A stretch of DNA of 62,377 nt, the filler included, from Platydemus manokwari (taxonomy: Eukaryota): the NCBI GenBank assembly GCA_037951405.1. It is 6 parts of 6 records of this genome, joined end to end, with 100 filler letters (N's around TTAATTAATTAA, not from the genome) between each part and the next. Parts side by side here need not be neighbours in the genome. Positions count along the whole stretch, not along the records: positions 52,834 to 62,377 come from JBBMOY011234542.1; 5 more parts are not named here. The stretch is one strand, 5' to 3'. Positions 52,734 to 62,377 of the stretch are shown one piece after another. Under the pieces are notes generated by a model that searched no databases, had not been told where the DNA came from, and saw nothing but the letters and a program-made list of their open reading frames with translations. A program made the translations under genes and the position numbers. Positions within the stretch are counted from its first letter, which is position 1, and each line of letters opens with the position of its first letter.

Positions 52734-52833
52734 NNNNNNNNNNNNNNNNNNNNNNNNNNNNNNNNNNNNNNNNNNNNTTAATTAATTAANNNNNNNNNNN
52801 NNNNNNNNNNNNNNNNNNNNNNNNNNNNNNNNN
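52734..52833. other. Artificial contig-join spacer
   Basis: N44-TTAATTAATTAA-N44. Confidence 0.95.
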
Positions 52834-55800
52834 TATTAATATTTATTAATTCAAAAGATTGTACAAATATATAGTATTTAAACAAATACATATATACATA
52901 TATTACAGTATTCCTCGAAAGTTTTATGCTTTTTACTATATTTAAAACGAACGAATACAGGGATATCTGTGAGGTTTATTTTAAAAGAAACAAAATGATC
53001 TTTGAAAAATGCGATAAATTGTTAAAATTTACGTAATGTCAAAATTTACGTAAAAACAATATTTTAAAAAAATCACACCACGCTGATATTTATAACAGCC
53101 AAAGATCTTGCTAAACAATACTGTTAAACTCTCAATTTAATTTTAAAATTAAAAATTTGTTTGAGAATTGATGTAATAAGTAATATATTTGTTCCTTTAA
53201 AAATGACTTCTGATTTAACACATAATTAGATATTATATTATAGAAAATAATTATTTTATGAAATACTTTTGATTATTATTATTAATATTAAGATTTATAT
53301 TTTGATATAAAAATAGGCTTTGATAATTCATTAGATAAGATCCTTTCGATCATCAAAAAATAAATAATATATTCTCGATAATAATGATTAATTGACTTTT
53401 TTTGTGAGAATTGGTTTGTTCGAAATTCCACAGCAGGTCAACATATATAATATTTATTTTAAAACTGACAATCGAGATTGATATATTTTTAATTTGGAAA
53501 CGAATCATCAATCACATCAGAAATGTATTTCTTTTTAAATATAAATTTAGATCGAATCGGAAGGCCAAGGTATCACTGAAAATAGATTAATAATACAGGA
53601 TTAGTCAGAATCAATTGCAACTTCATTTTTAATTTATTTATAATATGATGAACGACGTAATAATTTAGAGCCAATATTGACCTTGTGATTGAAATGCAAG
53701 AATATCCATTTTGATGTTAGTATTGCTTATCGATAATGACATGAATTTTTATACAATTTTGCCCATTAATATTGACTTAGAAGAGTACACAGTGTTTTTC
53801 ACAATGATAAGTAAAACCTTATTTGAAATTGATTATGATTGGATTGAAGTGATCTGAAAGCCAAGATTTTTGTTAATCACATTTTAGATATTAATTATCT
53901 CAGAAACCATGGAAATGTTCTTGAGTTGTAATATTTGTAGAACATTAACTAAACTTATATGATTTATATATTGATTTTCGAACTCATCTTTATCAGTATA
54001 TAACTCATCATAGGTTGTATGGGCATGACCATTATTATCTTATTATTGTATTTCAAAATTCAATTCACACAAGGACTGTAGAGTTGGTAAGAAAATCAGT
54101 GAGCTGTGATTCTCTGGCTTATGAATTCTTCCAAACTCAACCTTACTAGACAATGTAGAAACAAATAGACACTACAGACAATAAAAAATACAATCCAATT
54201 AGGAGGATATCAATTAAACCTATTGTTATATGAAGGATAAAGTGGAAATGAATGATTGTCGATTGAAGGTAAATCAATTTTAATTTGTAGAATATATTCT
54301 CGAAATTATACCATCTAACATCGAACAATACTATTCTATAATTTTTTTAAATTTAATAATCTTTCCCATTCCCCATGAAATATATCCCACGAATTCATTT
54401 CTACAAGGCAAATTATGAATCATGATCGATATATATATTAGTAAGTTTTCCTTAAGGTTGTTTATATAAGTTGGATATGTTTCTCTGAAAACTATATAAT
54501 CTAAACTTGATTTGTCGACCAGTTTGTGGCATTGGGAATTGAAAAACTATTTACTTCTCACCAAAAATGTTTATAAGAAGATTGAATGTGTGATATATGT
54601 GACCTGGTTTCATTTTTCATCTTCATTGCGGTAATATGACTGATCAAACTGCTGGAGAAAATTGGAAAAACAAAACAAAAGATTTTTTTCGAAGTATTGG
54701 AAATTATATTCAATGAGGGAAAATTTGAGAATAAAAACAAAAATTTCCATGTCATGGATAGCAATTAAAAAATTGAAGTAATTCTTCTTGGAGAACATAT
54801 GGTGCATTTTGAGATGATTTGAATAGCGTCGAATATACTATTTCTTTTTCAGAAAACGCGACATTTATAAGAATTGCTTTGTGATTGTGTTTTCCATCTT
54901 CATTTTTCATTTATCAGACATCCACTCTTTGTAGATTCATTGATGGGAATCCCTGAATGTTAAAATATAAATCTTTTGGAGTTTGGTTTGATATGAGGTA
55001 ATCGTCTGAGTTTATTAATCAGAAATCCGAAACCGTGTTGCATTTGTCTTGATTCTTATAAAGGCCAATTACAATCCCATTATCCACATATCGCTCATTT
55101 TCAGACAGAGATGCAAAAGAGAGTCAATCAATCGATTTCGTATTCTTCATGCATGATTAATTTCTCCACATCTACAACAAGCATTTGCAGCTTTCTCTCA
55201 GTTGATTGATGCTGACTAAATTTTCTTTTCCAATGCCACCTGAATTAAATTAATTGTATTTTCGAATATATATAACCGATGGTTGTTTTGTTTGTTTTTT
55301 TTTAAAAAAAAATAGAAGGCATAACAAATTTTCTGCTTCATGTCCGATCGATTTTCAAATTCCAGTTTGATAATTTTCGAGAAGGAATGAATTTTTTTGT
55401 CAAGATTTTCCGTCAGATTCGAGACGGCTCAATAAATTGGCTTTCAAAAACGTAATTAATCAATTGGATTTATCCTGTTGGTCAATATAATCCTTTAATT
55501 TCAGCAATGGTAATTATTTTTCCAATGCCCCAAACGTAGAATGGAAATATTCATAAATGACATCTATGACGCCTATTCATTACTTCATATTCAAGCGACT
55601 GAAGGAAATCGGGATTTCAAGCTTAATGACGATTTGCCAGCGTTCTGGCGCTTACTATTGCAGATAATATTATAATAAGAGAATATTTCCCTTTATATAA
55701 TTTTATAATTTTATTTATTTTTATTAATAAACAAAAAATATTTATATAACACAATAAATCAATATATTATTAAAACAAAACCTTGAATAATATAATTAAA

Positions 55801-58800
55801 AATATAAAAAAATGGATTATGTACACATAAGAAATATAATTATTTCGATAAAACCCTACTAAATATCCGATAAAGAAAATAATATCTACAGAATCTATAA
55901 TTAATAATCCGTTAACTCCAAATATCTATCAATTGCGATGTAGAAATTAAATCATTATAGAATCCATCAATTTCTACACAATATCACCGATATTACCAGT
56001 GAGGACGGTCGTTAGACGAATATCTTATCCTGTTATTATAAATAATATGTCAATCTGTCAACGACATCAAAACTGTTATTATCCGATGAAATATCGAGGA
56101 CAGTTGCCTAGTAACTCTTTGGCAGACTGATCTAATTTTCAAACATGTTACCAATGATGAATGCCTTTAGGATTATAGAAAACGAATCGATTGCAATGAC
56201 GACAACCGAACGATAATGTCTATCAATGACTCGATTGTTACTATATTTCTTTTCCTTTTTTTAATAATGAATAATATCTATTAGATTTCGCTTTTTATTT
56301 TGGAATTTAAATTCGAATTTTAAATTTTTTTTTGATATTTCAAATCTTATCACATTATAGATATAATTAAGGTGATGATGATGACCGTGACCAGATCAAT
56401 TACCTCTTGATTATTTACACAATGCTCGAATCTTAGAAAGCCAGCCAAATGTTGTAATCAAGTCACAATCTTAGAAAATGTTTACGAAGATTGACGAATA
56501 CATGCGTGTTTGTGATGACAAAGAGCCAATCATGACTATTTTAAAACATATGAAATAAATGGTCTTTATTTCTTGGTGAATACACTTACAAAAATTAAGG
56601 AACATCACGATTGACCAATGAAAACTCATCAACCATTATCTATTATCTTATCACATACGAAATGTGGAATGACCAATTTTATCTGACATTTTCAGATTCG
56701 TTAATAATTTCGAAAGATATTAAAATTTTCAAGTGCCAACCAATATTAACTATTTTTCAAAACAATTCGTTTTTTTAAAACTCATCCTACATTCGAACAT
56801 GGCTTGTGATTATACATAGTTCTTCTACAATTGTCTCCGAACATGATCGGAACTGATCGGTGATCCTAAATATGAAAATTTGGGAGCAGTTTTTATTGTG
56901 ATCGTACTAAGATCTCACATCACACCCTATATAATCTAAAAATATAAATTGTATAAATAAAAAAATTCATGTTGCTATGACGCATGGACAAATTGTCATA
57001 GAAATTTTAGTTCGGGTAAACACATGACGATACTTGGTCACCAATGAGAAATTATTTGAAAATTGGGTATAGGTGTCTTGTGAATTATATTAAGCACTTA
57101 TCCTTATGGCAAGCACAAAAAGGAAAAACTATTTAAAACTGTGCTGTTGATATTTATTTGTCGATAAATATTCTGTTTACAAATCAAACGGAGTCAGTCA
57201 CAAATGTGATTATAAATTCATGTTTTTGTAATATTGGTAACTAAAACCTAATTTTTGGAAGAAAATACGATCTGAACTTGAATTTATTGAAAATTTTATT
57301 TCAGAAATTACAACCCTTGATTTATAAAATTTCGCACGTTACGTTAAGATGATTTTAAACTCCGTGGTGATTAATGAGAATCTTATAGCTCTTTATGATA
57401 CAGAAAAACTGTGTATCAAAGGTAGACGCCATACTTCTCACCATCATCTCGAAAGCCTTCCAGATATAATCTTATACTAAATATATCATATTAAATATCT
57501 AAAAAAATTATTTTCATCAATGTTGCTGTTACTAATTTGCGAACGCATCCTGTATAAATTATAGAAATGGAATCTTCCAAAACGTACAAAATGTATGGGG
57601 AAGATTTTTTTTTAAAATTATTTATTATTATTATCGTTATTTTTATTATTAGTGATTGTGGAATTTCATTATTAATATAATCCGGAAAGGCAAATTTTCT
57701 GTTGGAGTCCGACTGAATTCAATTGCGTTCAGGAACCTAATTATTACTGTTTCCCGGAGATAATAAATTTCTCTTAAAGTACTGTTACTGTATTCTGATA
57801 TGCATTTAAATGCTGAATTCTTCCAAAAGCTGTTACGATGGCTGTCCAATTGATTACAGCTTGATAAGCTTGCTCCGAAATATTGATTGCATTTACAAAT
57901 TCGAATAAATTAGGATCGTTATGCGATAAATGTGTGTTATGTTTGATGTTATCCGTTTATCAATAAAATAATTACACTGATTATTTGGTACCCAAAACTA
58001 TGTTGAGTTTCGAAAATAAACTTAAAAATCAAGATCACGGAAATCTTGTAACCTGTGTTTTGATATCTCAAACACATTCATGTACACGCACTTCAATCAA
58101 CTCATTAGAAGCAAAAGGCCAGGCAATGATACAAAAACCCGAATTGACCAATCCCTTCGGTCAATAATTTACGTTGGAAATGTGGCTTATTGTAACTGAA
58201 ATCAGCTATAGTGAGTTGAAACCAATTTTAGTGAAACGTGTTTTATTTTGGATTACAATAATGCTGATCAGCACCTTTTGGATTAAAAAGTATAACTCTA
58301 CAATCTGATATATTCAAAACATATTAAAAATACTCGTTTAATTTAATGATGGACATGCAGTAAGTTTATGTGAACCACCCATCCGTTTACAATATTTTGT
58401 AATTGGATTTAAATAATTTTAATTTAGAGAATATAATCACACTGTAAGCAAGCACTAGGTGACATGTGTTAAACGAAGTAGATAAAAATTTGCCCAAAGA
58501 CTGGATTTTAAATTTTAATGTACAAAATATTGATAAACACGTTGGATAGTGTAACATGAAGAAAATTACGTAATAAGAATTTATACGTTGTCAGTATTAT
58601 GTGAGTAATAAATTTGATATGATATCACTTCAAAGTTAGTCACAAAAATTCTGTATCCGTATCATGCCACCCGTGCTTACGAATTTGTCAGAATTAACAA
58701 GAATAACAATACATAAATTAATAAAGACTTTCTATGATTGGTGTTGGTGGTTCAATTGACTTAAGCTACGCGATAGATCATAAAACAGGTTCCATATATG

Positions 58801-59399
58801 TCTGAATATAATATGAAATGATTTTATCCCACGAAACGTGAAACAATTTGTATCGTTAATAATTGGAAATAAACAGTATTGAAGTGTGTCATCTTCTGCA
58901 ATGGAATAAAAAAAAAACCATTGAAAAAATTCTTTATCTGCGTGATTGCATCAAATAAAAAAATCTGATGTTGGCGGACCAAAAATTCCTAAATCTGATA
59001 GAAAAACAAGATAAGAGACAATTCTGTTAGTTTTCAAGTCAATGAACTGAACGATTTTTAAGATTTATCTGTTGAGATTTCATTTCCATTTTAAATTGTC
59101 AGTAAATTAGATGGATTTCATTTCAATTTCATTAAGATTTTGTATTATATTAGATTGTGGAAGAAATTTGTTTTTTTTGGTTTTTTAATTATGGTTTAAA
59201 AGTTTCCTAAAAGTAAAGTGATATATTAAATATGGAGTCTATTTTCCAGCGAATCTCTCCAAGCAAAATCTGCAGGAATTTGTTGAATAATTAAAAATGG
59301 CATTCGACGTATCTCAAAATAAATCTACATATTTTTCGAAATTCAAATTCTTTTGATAATTTATTGATTGATAAGTGTGTGTGTTCTTTCAGTTTATCT

Positions 59400-60194
59400 C
59401 TGTGTCATGACGTCAAGCGACTAAAGAGCACGTGTTTATTGTAAATATTTTTTATTAAATAGGAAACTATCGTGAAGTGTCACTCATGATGATAATTGTG
59501 AAAATGAAGTTGGCTTATTTGCTAATGTTGAGAATTTCAAAAGTTTCGGTTCATTGTAATCTGAAAATGAAATTGGGTCTTAAATGCCATTGCTAAGATT
59601 TGCATCAAGAGATTGAAACGGTTGATCTGGATTGACGAATGAAGTCATGTGATTATTTTATAGCTTAACTATAACAAGATCTTAAACTGATGGTGAAAAT
59701 TATTTGGAAACATTAAGCCAAATTCTAGCTTAATGGATCAATAAATCATCATCACTATGTTTGGAGACACATTTCAGCTTAAGAAAAATTTCTATTTCTT
59801 CAGGGCAGTTGTCGACAGGAAAATTATCTTTCCATTCTGCGAAACGTGTTTCGAGATGGAATGTCCTCAAGTAGAACATTTCTATTGACTCATTAATGAA
59901 CCATAACTTTTCAAACCGCTAGATTGGTTACTAAGGACCGATCTAGCACCAAATAATTTCTTTCTTTAGGTCATATAAAACTAGTTGTATATCAAAATCA
60001 TCCTCAAACCTTGGATGAACTTGAAAATATTATTTGCCACACATTCTATGACATTGATGAAACACTGTTTAATAATGTTCTTGAGTTGACGAGAAACGAG
60101 TTGATCTTTGTATAAATAAGAATTGAGATAATTTTGAAAAAAAAATTTGACAAATAAAATAAGACTTGGATGGTTTGCCCTGGGACACCATGTA
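59400..60194 (+). mobile_element. Tc1/mariner (maT/rosa-like) transposase relic with 3' TIR
   Basis: DLAPNNFFL*GHIKLVVYQNHPQTLDELE...KRVDLCI..N.DNFE resembles SPDL.PLDFFLWG.LK..VY...P.TL.EL...R...C....G..FE. Ends TGGGACACCATG-TA (typical GGACACCCTG-TA). Left boundary is approximate. Confidence 0.75.
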
Positions 60195-61300
60195 TCTATA
60201 TATGTGTGTATGTTGGTATGTTGAGCAAGATATTGAGTGCTTATTATTTTTGTGCAGTTATGTTCCAGGAAAATATTGATATTAACTCAGTGTACTAAAA
60301 AATCTAATGGCAATTAAATAAAACTGATGGAAAAATTAGTTACAAATAACCAAATATCACCAACGTAATTCAATAATAACTATGAAAGCCTCTTTAGTAA
60401 CCAGTGATCTTATCAAGTAAGTCATTATTTAACCCTCTCTGCGAATATATTTGTTTAAATAATTTTTTACTGACGATATGTTCCAATAGACTTCAAATAA
60501 TCGATTTAAATAATTGTGAAATAGGTATGGGGATCAAAATAACATTTAAAATAAATAGTAAATACTAAAAGAAATTTTTTACAAAGAAATCAACTAATGA
60601 AAAATTAAGATTTTACGAAAAAGAAATGTTTTCTTAATGCATAGAAATACAGTAGAAATATAAAAAATAGTAGAAGTCATTTATAAAGCCCACAAACTTT
60701 CATTTTTGTCCAAAGACACAAAATGATAGAAAGTTAAACAAAAATAAAAATTTTAAACAAGAAAGCTATAATAATCATAAAATGAGCAAGCAAACCCACG
60801 CAAGTGTACCAAAATGATAAACAAAGCAACATGACAAAGCCTAATTGAACTAAACGAAAATCAAGCAAATGAATAAGTAAAGTGACACCTCACAAAGGGA
60901 AGAAGGAACAAGAAACTAAGAACTGTATAAATATCCATACATAAATCATTGAGAACAAAGTCAAACTTTAATTTTGTATTCACGTAATTTAGTGCGCTAT
61001 TAAAACATTTAATTGCTATTGTGAAACTTATTATTAGAAGGCATATTCTAGGATTTTCTGGTATTAGAATTTTGTTACACGATTATTCAAAATTTCCAAA
61101 TCTTTTGAATATATTTAAGAAATGGCAAGTAAGAAATTATTTTATTGTTCTTTTCGTTTTAATCAAAGAACTTGGATGTTTTGAGAATATTCAACAAAAA
61201 ACATTATTTCAAATTGTAAATCTAAATTTGACGGACCAAGAATTAAAATTTATTTATTTTAATATTTATTTATTTATGTTCTTTAATAATGTTTTCACAA

Positions 61301-61353
61301 TTTATTATTATTATTACTATTATTATTATTATTACTATTATTATTATTATTAC

Positions 61354-61388
<35 letters not shown>
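61301..61388. repeat. (TAT)n microsatellite with periodic TAC interruptions
   Basis: Seen directly; it produces the spurious poly-Tyr ORF. Confidence 0.95.
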
Positions 61389-61390
<2 letters not shown>

Positions 61391-62377
61391 AAATTTGAAT
61401 GTCTACGTGATTTTTCATTTCTAATACATCTTAAATCGACCAATCGTTATTATTAACGGATAGGCATTAAGAAAGACTCAAATCGTTTTCTGTCATGATC
61501 ATAACGAAATATATTGGAATATCAGCACTATTTAATAAACCATGCTTAAAATATTCTGAGTTAGAAATGGTGAATTTATCGATGATATTTTAGTAATTGC
61601 GAATGTTTACGAAATTGGTTACATGATATAAATATTCCATATCGCTGAGTTAATAAATTTGCATAAAATTTACAATCAAAAATCTATTACGGCTAGTATC
61701 TTATCGTATAAGTAATGTTTAAACATGAGAATTTCTGTCAAAATTAAGTCTGCATTCACAGGCCAATCAGAAAGTTAGAGTAGTATTATTGAATAAATAT
61801 TAGTTTCGAAAAATTATTTCCAAATATGGCTTACAAACGACGATAAATAATAAACAATGGATGTTCCTAATCAATCGAAAATATGAAATGTCGATTTTCA
61901 GACATGAATTTTAATTTGAACTTCAATATTTAGAATACAACATCAATTAAACTTCGTTGTTGTTGAGACAGTAGTGGTAAATATTCAGACTTACTACAGA
62001 AGTTTTACAGTATAATAAAAGGACCAAAAGTAAAAACAATATCGCAACAATTAAGTTCGATCGTTAGCCAAATCAAAGGAAACTTATTTCACACTGCAAA
62101 TGAATCAAAAATAATGAGAGTTAATTGAAACTTCATTACTTTAATGGGTATGCTAAAACTTATTTATAGTTTTAATGATGATTATCAGTTAAAAATGACA
62201 TTATTATTCTGATACGTTTTGGGGTCACTCTCTTTTTTTGTTATTATTATTTGTTTGTTTTTAATTGATTGAATCGATTCTACGACTTAATCAGTGCTCT
62301 GAGTCCGTTATTGACCCTCAGGTAGTATTTTGACCTTATGAGTTTTATTATCTTGTTCGCCTCGACGATCACTTCTT

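Noticed and set aside
57700-57900. Possible BACK/Kelch fragment (SEQAYQAVINW) on the minus strand
   Set aside because: A single short motif with no supporting flanking homology.
61021-61389. ORF with poly-tyrosine tail
   Set aside because: Artefact of the (TAT)n microsatellite.
62315-62336. let-7-like TCAGGTAGTA, and a miR-2-like seed near 54105
   Set aside because: Seed mismatch or no convincing precursor hairpin.
1-62377. CRISPR arrays, rRNA or intact tRNA genes, prokaryotic operons
   Set aside because: None seen; the sequence is intron-containing eukaryotic DNA.

Overview
Very AT-rich eukaryotic genomic DNA. The animal gene set and many 41-60 nt introns suggest an invertebrate, possibly a flatworm (inference). 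Six contigs are joined by artificial 100-bp N44-TTAATTAATTAA-N44 spacers, so adjacency across them is not reliable. Host genes: a WDR53-like WD40 gene (partial), a cytosolic carboxypeptidase CCP1/AGTPBP1-like gene (4 exons), a complete 11-exon alpha-spectrin (about 2415 aa), the last exon of a PP2C-like (CG9801-type) gene, a SPATA7-like gene (6 exons) and a small orphan 2-TM ORF. Intergenic and intronic DNA holds decayed mobile elements: an internally deleted Gypsy with very short AGT...ACT LTRs, a Polinton-type PolB fragment, a Chapaev3-like element, and mariner, pogo, hAT and LINE remnants. The most notable unexplained structure is a non-coding miniature LTR retrotransposon (TRIM-like, 526 bp: LTR-PBS-internal-PPT-LTR, 5-bp TSD) at 17951-18476. 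Three solo LTRs of the same family, each with its own 5-bp TSD, occur elsewhere in the window. All alignments and translations were done by eye; family assignments come from recalled motifs, not database searches.
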